DNA of 64,000 nt from the sequence record PQ511146.1. One strand, 5' to 3'. This stretch comes from Escherichia phage NHEP1. A program made the position numbers and the translations under genes. The notes below the pieces were generated by a model. It made no database searches, was not told where the DNA came from, and saw only the letters and a program-made list of their open reading frames with translations. Positions within the stretch are counted from its first letter, which is position 1, and each line of letters opens with the position of its first letter. Of the stretch, positions 45,977 to 54,330 are shown one piece after another.

Positions 45977-46220
45977 AATTCTTGACTCTAACGTCTACTT
46001 GGGACAATCCTTCCTGAAAGGAAAGGTCGTACCTGCTGTATACTTCGAAGGGTTGCCGTGGGACGATCCTGTGCGGCAAAATCACAGCCATGTAGGCCAC
46101 AATGTGGTGTTCATCTTGGGATCAGACCTGATCGCGGCTGGTGCCCCGGAATATTATTTCGGAGAGGACTTGTATTATGCCTTTGGGGCAGGGTCAGATG
46201 CGGATATTTTAGAGCTGTGA
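45966..46220 (+). CDS. small acidic protein, paralogue family member
   Basis: MKVKIL...FILGSDLIAAGAP...ADILEL; overlaps previous paralogue by 11 nt. Confidence 0.5.
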   Translation: MKVKILDSNVYLGQSFLKGKVVPAVYFEGLPWDDPVRQNHSHVGHNVVFILGSDLIAAGAPEYYFGEDLYYAFGAGSDADILEL

Positions 46221-46232
46221 TGGGGAACTATT

Positions 46233-46631
46233 GTGAAAAATAAACTGTTCAAAGTTACAATGAAAATTCGCGGAGCTTGGAGCGTAAAGCAAGGGCGTAT
46301 CCCCGAATTTGAGAAAGACTTCTACGTAGTCTCCACCTCGGAGGAGGCTGCATGCTGGCAGGCTGGCTATGCCTATGCAAGAACCTGGTACGAAGGATAC
46401 CAGACTGGTGGCTATGACGGAGAAATTATCAGCAAGGGTGTAGAAGAAATTAATGTGTTGACAAGTGAAAAAGTTTTTGTTATAGTGCATCCAGATTCCA
46501 GAGTGAAGCATTACTGGAATGCCAGAACAAAAACTTGGACACCGTTTGCAGATTCTGCTACACCACTTTTAAGCCAGAAAGCTCTTGACTCTGCTCCAAG
46601 CTACGGGGTTGTTGAAGAAAAGCTAAACTGA
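46233..46631 (+). CDS. hypothetical protein, paralogue of 48438-48833
   Basis: Shares VIVHPDSRVKHYWNARTKTWTP with VMRHPHSNIAYYWDVLNNEWTP of 48438-48833. Confidence 0.45.
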   Translation: MKNKLFKVTMKIRGAWSVKQGRIPEFEKDFYVVSTSEEAACWQAGYAYARTWYEGYQTGGYDGEIISKGVEEINVLTSEKVFVIVHPDSRVKHYWNARTKTWTPFADSATPLLSQKALDSAPSYGVVEEKLN

Positions 46632-46648
46632 AACAGTGAGGTACCAAC

Positions 46649-46939
46649 ATGATGGATTTAGTTCTGGACACTGATAACACCGGAGCGTTTAAAAAGGATG
46701 GTGCAATAAGCATTGACCAATTCTTCCCTGCCAAGATTGACTCAAAATGGACCTACAAGTTTGACGGTGAGATCTTCGCAAATGATGAGAAGGTCGTGGA
46801 TGCTGTAGCCATTTTAAACGCTTTAGGGTATGACCCTGTGAACTCATTGATCAAGGATCCTGTTGAGTTTGCAGAGTATGTTCGTAAAATGGCAGATCTT
46901 GCAGTAGATATTTTAAAAACTATCGACAACAAGTTGTAA
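46649..46939 (+). CDS. hypothetical protein
   Basis: 96-aa ORF. Confidence 0.4.
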   Translation: MMDLVLDTDNTGAFKKDGAISIDQFFPAKIDSKWTYKFDGEIFANDEKVVDAVAILNALGYDPVNSLIKDPVEFAEYVRKMADLAVDILKTIDNKL

Positions 46940-46945
46940 AAACTG

Positions 46946-46974
46946 TTGACACAACGCTTCAGATTTAGTATCAT
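46946..46974 (+). promoter_or_regulatory. sigma70-like promoter followed by leader hairpin (46984-47001)
   Basis: TTGACA (46946-46951) N17 TATCAT (46969-46974); then AGAGGG-TTGGTT-CCCTCT plus TCTTT before the HPF-like gene. Confidence 0.5.
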
Positions 46975-47020
46975 TGTTTTCAAAGAGGGTTGGTTCCCTC
47001 TTCTTTAAAAGGAACACATT

Positions 47021-47338
47021 ATGCAAATTGAAATCACTGGCAACGTAGAGATCACTGAAGGTATGGTGTCTTTCATTTCCAACAAAATGTCCAAGCTGGA
47101 GCGTTTGCACCCCTCTGCCAACTATGCACGTGTGAGTGTAAAAGTTGAAAATGATCACCAGGAAGTTATGGCTTTCATTTTTGACAATTCTGGGAAAGAA
47201 GTTATCGCCAAAGCTAAAGGCAGCGATGCTTACGAGGCAACTGACCGTATGGTGGATGTTGCAGCACGCCAGTTGGCTAAATGCGGTGGAAAGAAAGGTA
47301 AGGGAAAAGGTAAAGTAAAGATTGACTTTTTAGATTGA
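47021..47338 (+). CDS. hpf: ribosome hibernation promoting factor / YfiA (RaiA) family homologue
   Basis: MQIEITGNVEITEGMVSFISNKMSKLERL...VSVKVEND...EVIAKAKGSDAYEATDRMVDVAARQLAK aligns along its length with E. coli HPF (MQLNITGNNVEITEALREFV...KLEQ...VLKVEK...GEIHASAEGQDMYAAIDGLIDKLARQLTK) from memory; Lys/Gly-rich tail. Confidence 0.7.
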   Translation: MQIEITGNVEITEGMVSFISNKMSKLERLHPSANYARVSVKVENDHQEVMAFIFDNSGKEVIAKAKGSDAYEATDRMVDVAARQLAKCGGKKGKGKGKVKIDFLD

Positions 47339-47347
47339 GGTGCTACA

Positions 47348-47449
47348 ATGGGCATGATTAAGAAATTAGTCCCAAATGTAGAGATTGCATGCTTTGAAAT
47401 TATGTTTGCAATCGCAGTTGTAGTTAATGTGTTAGGTTACGGCTATTAA
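47348..47449 (+). CDS. 33-aa hydrophobic micro-protein (unannotated)
   Basis: Own translation MGMIKKLVPNVEIACFEIMFAIAVVVNVLGYGY; GAGGTG RBS right after the HPF-like stop. Confidence 0.3.
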   Translation: MGMIKKLVPNVEIACFEIMFAIAVVVNVLGYGY

Positions 47450-47475
47450 TATCAAATAATTGAGGAGACCTCTAA

Positions 47476-47745
47476 ATGAAAATTAAATTATTCCAAACTG
47501 AGCTGGCAGACAAAAACTGTGGACTGGTTGAAGGCATGATCGTTGAAGCACAACCAGTTGACTACATGAAGGTGGTTCGTGATGCCCTGGGTGAAGGTTT
47601 TGATCTGATGGAGCCAGCTCTGCGAGAAGATGTCATCGAGATGGCTAAAAAGCACACACCGGAAGGTTTGGTAGTGTTTGTTGCACCAGGTAACGGGGAA
47701 GAGTTGATTGTAACTCCGGATGTGTATGAGGTTGTAGAAGAGTAA
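47476..47745 (+). CDS. small acidic protein, paralogue family (divergent)
   Basis: MKIKLF... and C-terminal YEVVEE. Confidence 0.45.
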   Translation: MKIKLFQTELADKNCGLVEGMIVEAQPVDYMKVVRDALGEGFDLMEPALREDVIEMAKKHTPEGLVVFVAPGNGEELIVTPDVYEVVEE

Positions 47746-47837
47746 TCCTGCTTGGGTTAGCATACTTTCCTCTACAAGAAAGGTTTGTAATTATTTGTGG
47801 GAAAGGAATCCCCATCTCTTACCAGAGGTGATACTAT

Positions 47838-48101
47838 ATGATTGTTTATTTTAAAACTTCAGGTGGATACCCTGATTCTCAAAGCTTGATTGGAAAAACG
47901 TGCACAGCATACTCACCTCTTGATGAGGAGGTAAGCAATATCCTACGAGATATGTATCGGATTGATCCCCAAGAAGCTTTTGATCAAAACCTTGTATTTG
48001 TCAAGGGATCAGACATAAAGTCTTTGGGGGCATTCCCTGAAGCAGATGATGATGCTGTTTATTCGTTTATGACACCTTTTGAAGCTATGATTGTGGGGTG
48101 A
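47838..48101 (+). CDS. small acidic protein, paralogue family member
   Basis: Contains VFVKGSDIKSLGA, the KG.D motif. Confidence 0.45.
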   Translation: MIVYFKTSGGYPDSQSLIGKTCTAYSPLDEEVSNILRDMYRIDPQEAFDQNLVFVKGSDIKSLGAFPEADDDAVYSFMTPFEAMIVG

Positions 48102-48105
48102 GAAT

Positions 48106-48438
48106 ATGAAAGTACGCTTTATTGGTGAAACAATTCCTGTGCATCTCCGGTCTCCTGAAGACTCTGCAGATCTTGCATCTCAAAAGGCGAGAGGGTATGA
48201 TAAGAAAGTGATCTCAAGCAATGTAGAGCTTGAGGCCACCAGTCTACCTGACCCAGCTGCATTCTTCAATCATTATGGCTACTATTTTAGCAATCTGATG
48301 AATATTGGTGAGCTTGTGTTTATTAGTGGTGGAGAGATAGTTAGCAAGCTTGGTGGAGATCCGGATATCTTTCATGAAACCTGCCCTTTTGCATTTGTGG
48401 TGGGTTCAGATGTGGAAGTTATTGAGGAGGTTCGGTAA
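48106..48438 (+). CDS. small acidic protein, paralogue family (divergent)
   Basis: Trimmed to MKVRFIG after GGGGTGAG; C-terminal FVVGSDVEVIEEVR. Confidence 0.45.
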   Translation: MKVRFIGETIPVHLRSPEDSADLASQKARGYDKKVISSNVELEATSLPDPAAFFNHYGYYFSNLMNIGELVFISGGEIVSKLGGDPDIFHETCPFAFVVGSDVEVIEEVR

Positions 48439-48833
48439 TGGTAAGTCTATACCGTGTTGAGTATAGCTCGGATACTGTATACAATGTAAGAAGCAAAGAT
48501 CGCAGTGACAGAGTGCAAGAAATGTATGTTCTTGCAGACAGTCCGTTATCTGCAGCGTTCAAGGCAGGAGCTCTTGCATCTCGTTGGAAATTTGAGGGTG
48601 GATCTTTCTATGAAGAAACCCTTGAAGATTCTGTTGTTATTTCTTCTGTAGAGGTTTCAACCGACTACGAAGGGAAAAAGTTCGTAATGCGGCACCCACA
48701 CAGCAACATTGCGTACTACTGGGATGTTCTGAACAATGAGTGGACCCCTGATCTTCAGAAGGCCACTGTTCTAACCCCATTCCTGGCAGATAAGTTTCCA
48801 CCAGAAGGTAATTTATCTGCACTGTTTCAGTAA
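48438..48833 (+). CDS. hypothetical protein, paralogue of 46233-46631
   Basis: Shared HP..S...YW...N.WTP block. Confidence 0.45.
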   Translation: MVSLYRVEYSSDTVYNVRSKDRSDRVQEMYVLADSPLSAAFKAGALASRWKFEGGSFYEETLEDSVVISSVEVSTDYEGKKFVMRHPHSNIAYYWDVLNNEWTPDLQKATVLTPFLADKFPPEGNLSALFQ

Positions 48834-48851
48834 TTTTATGCCACACAGGTG

Positions 48852-48880
48852 TTGACAACACCAACCCTGTGTGCAATAAT
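48852..48880 (+). promoter_or_regulatory. sigma70-like promoter with -35 embedded in a 15-bp perfect palindrome
   Basis: TTGACA (48852-48857) N17 AATAAT with TG extension; palindrome GGTGTTGACAACACC (48848-48862) flanked by CACAGG/CCTGTG. Confidence 0.5.
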
Positions 48881-48909
48881 ACCTTCATCTTAACAAGATA
48901 GGAGACCGA

Positions 48910-49170
48910 TTGATGAAGATTAAATTGAAAAACCTTGAAACGGCAGAGATTCAGGAAGGTATTGATTTCCGTTCTAAAGATGGAGACATCCTGGAGGCGA
49001 ATGTCCCGACATATAAGTTGATTAAAGGTTTTGGCAACGTTCCGGAGGAGGATATTACAGACATTCTTATGATGTTGATCCTTGACGGGACTGTGTTTGT
49101 AGGTGAAGGTGAGAACGCTATTGCAATCCCGAGCCATTTTTATGAAGTAGTTGACGAAGAGGTGCTGTAA
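48910..49170 (+). CDS. small acidic protein, paralogue family (divergent)
   Basis: MMKIKLK... and C-terminal FYEVVDEEVL. Confidence 0.45.
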   Translation: MMKIKLKNLETAEIQEGIDFRSKDGDILEANVPTYKLIKGFGNVPEEDITDILMMLILDGTVFVGEGENAIAIPSHFYEVVDEEVL

Positions 49171-49521
49171 ATGAAAGTAGAGATCACAGGTTTTGATATG
49201 AATGCGGTTCCGGAAGATATTTTAGCTAAACTCCCGGAAGGTTTTGGTAACGGTGTTGTGGTTGATGCTGTTCCTCCTACCAAAGACATCCTGCTGCAGT
49301 ATGGTGTGGCAGAGGAAGATGTTGATAAAGTTCTTACAATGATGGCAATCGACCGTGTTGTCGTTGTTAAAGGTCTTGAAGGTTTTGATAACGATCCTCT
49401 GATTATTCGTGGTGATGACTATCATGTCATCGACAACGAAGGCCAAGAGTTCTACGAACCTTCTGCTGAAGATGTTCTTAACTTACTACTGGAAGCAGGC
49501 ACCGAAGAGGAGGAAGAATAA
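49171..49521 (+). CDS. small acidic protein, paralogue family (divergent)
   Basis: MKVEITGF..., VVVKGLEGFD, poly-Glu C-terminus EEEEE. Confidence 0.45.
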   Translation: MKVEITGFDMNAVPEDILAKLPEGFGNGVVVDAVPPTKDILLQYGVAEEDVDKVLTMMAIDRVVVVKGLEGFDNDPLIIRGDDYHVIDNEGQEFYEPSAEDVLNLLLEAGTEEEEE

Positions 49522-49850
49522 TGAAAATTGATCCGTTACTGAAGGCTCGTGCAGAAAAAGCATACACTATCAAGCTGACCTCTCTGGTCCCTACTTGTCA
49601 TCCGGATGTAGGTTGGCCTGAAGGCTTGGTAGAGGGGACTGTAACAGCTGCATACCTTCCTAACATCAAATACCTCATGGAGATCTTGGAGATGGATGAG
49701 GAAACGGCAGAACAGTTCCAGTTAGACATGAAGCAAAGTGGGACTCTGGTTATTCACGGGTGGTATAATACTAAAGATGCAGAAGATCCCCTGGTAACTT
49801 CTAATCTGGCATATGAGATCTTAGGGCCTTTGAACTTGGGGGAAGACTAA
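49521..49850 (+). CDS. hypothetical small acidic protein
   Basis: 109-aa ORF in the same tandem array. Confidence 0.4.
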   Translation: MKIDPLLKARAEKAYTIKLTSLVPTCHPDVGWPEGLVEGTVTAAYLPNIKYLMEILEMDEETAEQFQLDMKQSGTLVIHGWYNTKDAEDPLVTSNLAYEILGPLNLGED

Positions 49851-50137
49851 TGAAAGATTTGGTTAAGATCAAGATTAAAGACACCAATGGAGAACTCAGC
49901 CATTTTGGAATTAACGATGGTGACGAGCTGATCGCCCACCTGCCTACCAAGGAAGTTGTAAGCAAAGCGGTTGCCGGAGAAGAAGATGCAATGCAGGCTG
50001 CAGGTGTGGATGAAAGCTATGTAGCAATGTGTATGTGCCGAGATCAGGTTGTTCTGTATAAAGCGTATCGACCAAATGGAGCACCTGAGTGGCTTGTTTT
50101 CCGACCCGAAGGGTATGAAATTTTAGAGACGCTATGA
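49850..50137 (+). CDS. hypothetical small acidic protein
   Basis: 95-aa ORF, MKDLVKIKIK N-terminus. Confidence 0.4.
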   Translation: MKDLVKIKIKDTNGELSHFGINDGDELIAHLPTKEVVSKAVAGEEDAMQAAGVDESYVAMCMCRDQVVLYKAYRPNGAPEWLVFRPEGYEILETL

Positions 50138-50226
50138 TAAATCTTGCCAAGGTTGCAACGGCACTGTTAATTATTTGCTGGATAGTGACCTTGGCACTAT
50201 GTCTTGTATTTCATTAAGGGGGCTAT

Positions 50227-50490
50227 ATGAACATCTTGGTGTGGGTTGTAGCAGTAGCGTTTGTTGCGTGCCTCTCTTGTTGGGTTGCTGTGAGGATTTC
50301 TATAGCCACTCTTCGGAAATTAGGGTTCTCAGAGTGGGATATTAATATCCTTTCTTTTCGCAATGAGACAATCTCAGCCGCCCTGCTGTGTAAGAAGTTT
50401 AAGTGGGAACCTTGTGAGGTCATGAACTATCTAAGAACAGGAGATATTCCTGAGAGATTTAAAAAAGTTCTTGACGGCAAAGACAAATGA
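50227..50490 (+). CDS. small membrane protein
   Basis: 87 aa; N-terminal transmembrane segment ILVWVVAVAFVACLSCWVAV. Confidence 0.45.
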   Translation: MNILVWVVAVAFVACLSCWVAVRISIATLRKLGFSEWDINILSFRNETISAALLCKKFKWEPCEVMNYLRTGDIPERFKKVLDGKDK

Positions 50491-50499
50491 TAGTATAGT
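50471..50499 (+). promoter_or_regulatory. sigma70-like promoter
   Basis: TTGACG (50471-50476) N17 TATAGT (50494-50499). Confidence 0.5.
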
Positions 50500-50518
50500 G
50501 ACTAACAAGAGGTGAGGA

Positions 50519-50659
50519 ATGACTGATTTTACTGAAGCTTTAATGATGGCCTTATCTGTTTTAGCGCTATCGGTGTGTTTTGGGGCGTTATTCACATCTC
50601 TGGTTAAAGTTTTACATACCATATTCTCACCCAAGGAGCACAGTAATGACGAAGATTGA
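50519..50659 (+). CDS. 46-aa membrane micro-protein (unannotated)
   Basis: Own translation MTDFTEALMMALSVLALSVCFGALFTSLVKVLHTIFSPKEHSNDED; GAGGTGAGG RBS; overlaps next gene start. Confidence 0.35.
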   Translation: MTDFTEALMMALSVLALSVCFGALFTSLVKVLHTIFSPKEHSNDED

Positions 50660-50897
50660 CTTAAATGCTGGCGACCATGTTGTTGTCAAATGCATCGGGG
50701 ATTATCTTGGATTCACAATCGGCAATACTTACGAGGCAGTGGTGGCGAAGGTTTATCATGATAAAGTCCTCAGCCTTGTATTTGACTGCGATGATGACGG
50801 AGATGACCGTTACGTCTGTGAGGTGCTGGCACGTGACGATAGTGAAGACCAAAAATTCCTGGTTATTGAACTGAACGGTATTTTTGTAGAACGTTAA
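50646..50897 (+). CDS. hypothetical small acidic protein
   Basis: ORF 50580-50897 trimmed to ATG 50646 (MTKIDLNAGDHVV) after AAGGAG. Confidence 0.45.
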   Translation: MTKIDLNAGDHVVVKCIGDYLGFTIGNTYEAVVAKVYHDKVLSLVFDCDDDGDDRYVCEVLARDDSEDQKFLVIELNGIFVER

Positions 50898-50925
50898 TTT
50901 AAAACAATATAAGGAGACTCTTACT

Positions 50926-51231
50926 ATGGCTAAATCTAAAGTTGAACTGTTCACCTCTCTGCCTTCTGACATTGCAGAGCGTGATCGCCTCCGTAAAACA
51001 ATTGAAGAGCTGGTGGAACTTCAGCTTCAGATTAAAGATCTGAAAGATGCTATCAAAGATATTATTCTTGTCGAGAAGCAGGATCACTTGTATTCTCCTA
51101 AGTTTATCAAGTCATTGGTGGCTACCGAGTTCGATATCCGCTACGAAGCTGAAAAACGTCGAGCTAAAATCGAAGAGGAGGTTGAGCACATGTCTGAAGC
51201 AGACATTCTGTTCAAACGCTCTGCAGAATAA
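50926..51231 (+). CDS. hypothetical coiled-coil protein
   Basis: 101-aa ORF, AAGGAGA RBS, followed by a terminator. Confidence 0.5.
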   Translation: MAKSKVELFTSLPSDIAERDRLRKTIEELVELQLQIKDLKDAIKDIILVEKQDHLYSPKFIKSLVATEFDIRYEAEKRRAKIEEEVEHMSEADILFKRSAE

Positions 51232-51237
51232 TGACAA

Positions 51238-51262
51238 AGAGGGGTCTTGGCCCCTCTTTTTA
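51238..51262 (+). terminator. rho-independent terminator
   Basis: AGAGGGG-TCTTGG-CCCCTCT followed by TTTTT. Confidence 0.65.
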
Positions 51263-51284
51263 CTATCTATGAAGGAGATCAGAG

Positions 51285-51611
51285 ATGCTAATGCCGATTA
51301 CTGTAAAAGAACTAAATGAACGTGATGCAGGAGGCCTGTGGCCTGCACGGAAAATACGCTGCGTTTATATGAAAGAGAATCTTGAACACCTTGATCAACA
51401 GATTGCGGTTGGCGATATTTTCGAAGTTCTCTATTCTAATCGCCGCAACTGGGAAACCATTCAACCTTCCGGTTTTGTTCTTGCCAGACTTGATACCGGA
51501 GAAGTGATTATCCCCGGGCTGGATATTGTCTTCGAAATTATCCAGGAGTGGGATCCTGATAAGATTAAATATGAAGAGTTATTCGGCGAAGGTATTATCA
51601 AGCCTGTGTGA
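51285..51611 (+). CDS. hypothetical protein
   Basis: 108-aa ORF. Confidence 0.45.
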   Translation: MLMPITVKELNERDAGGLWPARKIRCVYMKENLEHLDQQIAVGDIFEVLYSNRRNWETIQPSGFVLARLDTGEVIIPGLDIVFEIIQEWDPDKIKYEELFGEGIIKPV

Positions 51612-51919
51612 GGTGGATTATGTCTACAACGACAGCTAAATACTCCTATATGCCAGCAACCTCAGCAGAAATAGACTTCAGTTTCGATGTGTTTCCATTG
51701 TTTGAGATAGTCCTGGCATACCCAACAATTCTATCTACTCCTGAATCACTTGTACCTGTTAAGTTGCAGAACGCTATGCATTCCATGCACTACAACAATA
51801 AATGCAGGCACAGATGGTGTCAGGACGAGGAAAAAGATCTGGAGAGTTTGAAAGATTTTGACAGTCACCTTTTGACACCTTTTAGTTACTCAAACCTAGA
51901 CAAGCCTTCATGGGTATAG
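51608..51919 (+). CDS. hypothetical protein
   Basis: 103-aa ORF, coupled. Confidence 0.45.
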   Translation: MRWIMSTTTAKYSYMPATSAEIDFSFDVFPLFEIVLAYPTILSTPESLVPVKLQNAMHSMHYNNKCRHRWCQDEEKDLESLKDFDSHLLTPFSYSNLDKPSWV

Positions 51920-51944
51920 CAAAGTATCAAATTTAAGGCACATA

Positions 51945-51970
51945 GGACGCTCTGTGGCGTCCTTTTCTTT
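51945..51970 (+). terminator. rho-independent terminator
   Basis: GGACGC-TCTGTG-GCGTCC followed by TTTTCTTT. Confidence 0.6.
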
Positions 51971-52481
51971 ATCTGGTGAACGATTCCATACCTTAAGCAG
52001 TTAATATCATTACAGAGCGTTTAAAGGCGGCTTACAAGCAACTCTCTATTTCGAGCGTAGCGAGAACGCACGTCCGTTTTGACCCAAATCACCATACGCT
52101 CGGATTTTAACCAAACCCTCGCGGTGTTTCTGTTGACACATTACCGCTCCTGAAATATGCTTATAGCATCGACACGTTCCAGCCATATGTCGATAAAGTC
52201 TTATTTTTTAAACATGTTGCCGGAATACTCACGGGTGGAACATGACCAACACACATGCATCTACAGAAACATCTGGAGGAGTGAAAGAGGAAAACTTCAA
52301 TTCTGAGGATTCTCTATCTCCGTCCCAGGTGGATCCTGAGGCTGATGACCTAACGTGGGAGGATATCATAGCCATCTGGTTCTCTATTATGCCTGAGCAC
52401 GAAGAGTTCAGAGGTGGGAGACTATAAAGCACCGAGCCCACATAAGTTTATCATGCTAAAGCATGGCCTGAAGAGGCAAAC

Positions 52482-52763
52482 GTGCATAATTCCATCGTAT
52501 TGGAACGTGTAAACCCTGTTCACACTCTCATTTCCAGAGGAGATTCCATGAAAATAGAGATATTTGGTGGGGCTGACAACACTCGTGGCCTGATTTACCT
52601 TGAATTCGATGAATCATACCTGCCAGAGGTGTTAAATATAGATGCTGTTGCGGAAGCCCTTGATGTAGACCCTAAAGATCTCTACTCCCGTGCTGAGATT
52701 GATGGTTGGGAAGAGACTCTGAACATTGATTTCAGTGAAGTAGTAGATGAACCTTTGGACTGA
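52482..52763 (+). CDS. hypothetical acidic protein (ERVNPxHTL motif; start uncertain)
   Basis: GTG start after AGAGG, or ATG 52551 after GAGGAG; N-terminal region paralogous to 10502-10771. Confidence 0.4.
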   Translation: MHNSIVLERVNPVHTLISRGDSMKIEIFGGADNTRGLIYLEFDESYLPEVLNIDAVAEALDVDPKDLYSRAEIDGWEETLNIDFSEVVDEPLD

Positions 52764-54191
52764 CACACAAGTCTGCTTTGCAGGTTTAGCTGCTCAGCTA
52801 AGGTTCTGGAGGCACCTATAACATCTTCCAACTAAATTTCCTACCAACACAGTTACTTACCTACCACACATGACTGTTTGCTTGTTTAGTGAGCAGTCAT
52901 CACTTGACATTCTTGCCTATCTTGATAAAATTAAGTTCTTCTCTTTTCTTTTACCGAGTAATTCGGGTTTTCTGTTCTCTTCGGTTTGAAGGGGTATGGA
53001 GATACACCTGAGTGAACAGGGTGAACAACCGAACCTTTAGCTATGGCATTAGCATGGCGAAGCGGACGGGTGACGAAAGAGGGGCCGGAGGACACCAGTC
53101 ACTGCCATATAGTATATGGGTGATAACCTGAAGAGTCTGAATAAGTGTTTAAGTACCAGTCAGAGGAAAAGGTGAATGGTAGCCGAAGGGGGAGGGGGGT
53201 TTCTTATATCTTTAATTTGTATACTTTATATACACTTGTAAACCAATTCAATTAGAATCTGTTTACCACACAAAGGGGATGGAGACAAATATCACCTATT
53301 AAACTTGAATTATTTATAGAAAATACCACAACACCCGTTAAGTCTTTGATTTTACACACAAATCTTACAAATATCCTACCTCCACATTTAACATACTTGT
53401 AACATATTCCATATCCTACCTGCCTGATCAATTTACTCCATCACATTCCCACATTTTCCCTGTCTGTACTACCCCACCCCCGCCGGGAGTCCCGTCATAT
53501 CTGGCTTTCCAGCAAATATCACACCAACAAATATCATCACCTGAAGAGGGTTTCATCCCATAATACCTGCCTTACCTGAAGAGCGCTTCATACACCACGT
53601 AAATTTTTTAATTGACCCCTCCCCGCCGCCAGAGAGGTTGGCTTTTCCCACACAGGCCTGAAGAGTCAGCCAGAAATATCTGAACAGGCAGTTATGTCCC
53701 GATTTTGTGCTTGTCCTACAGGAGTGCTGCCAGGCGGACGGAATGGGAATACTTCTCATTCTTATAATAATTCTCAAATATCGAGGCAGTGAGGCAAATT
53801 AATAGGCCAGGCCGTTCACACAGTGGCACAACATTTGCAATCTATCTTGTGTGGATGAATGAGAATACCTATCATTGTGAGAATGGTTATCATTACGGGC
53901 AATTTAACATAATACCCATTATGCGCACCACTGGCGATACATACAGGGATTGATAACATGGGTTACTGTTTACGCATATAACAATTATATTTCTTACTAT
54001 TTGTGTGGGATATAGTTAGCAACCAATAGATTAGATATTGACCTGCAGACTTCTGACCGTCCAGACGTCTAAACGCCCACACAACAAGGATTATACATAC
54101 ACTCCTGCATGTAACCAGGGCCGCAAAAATGCTACCATACCAGTTTGTAAATTTTTCATGCAGCACTTGACAAAGAGGAGAAAAACTTGTC

Positions 54192-54250
54192 TGACACAAT
54201 GTGACAATTTTGTCACTTTTGACACTTTTACCTTTGACACAATATGACAC
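54192..54250. repeat. cluster of TGACA(C) iterons
   Basis: TGACAC at 54192, 54220, 54235, 54245, GTGACA at 54201 and inverted copy TGTCAC at 54211, all within 59 bp. Confidence 0.75.
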
Positions 54251-54330
54251 AATAACGGCTGTTACTATTCCATATCTCACTGTTTACGCCTGAATAGTTT
54301 ACGCAAAAACTGTTTACACAGAGATGATAA

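Noticed and set aside
53553-54280. ORFs 53553-53777(-), 53963-54280(-) and 54038-54247(+) inside the non-coding region
   Set aside because: No RBS, low-complexity translations, and they overlap iteron clusters; treated as chance ORFs.
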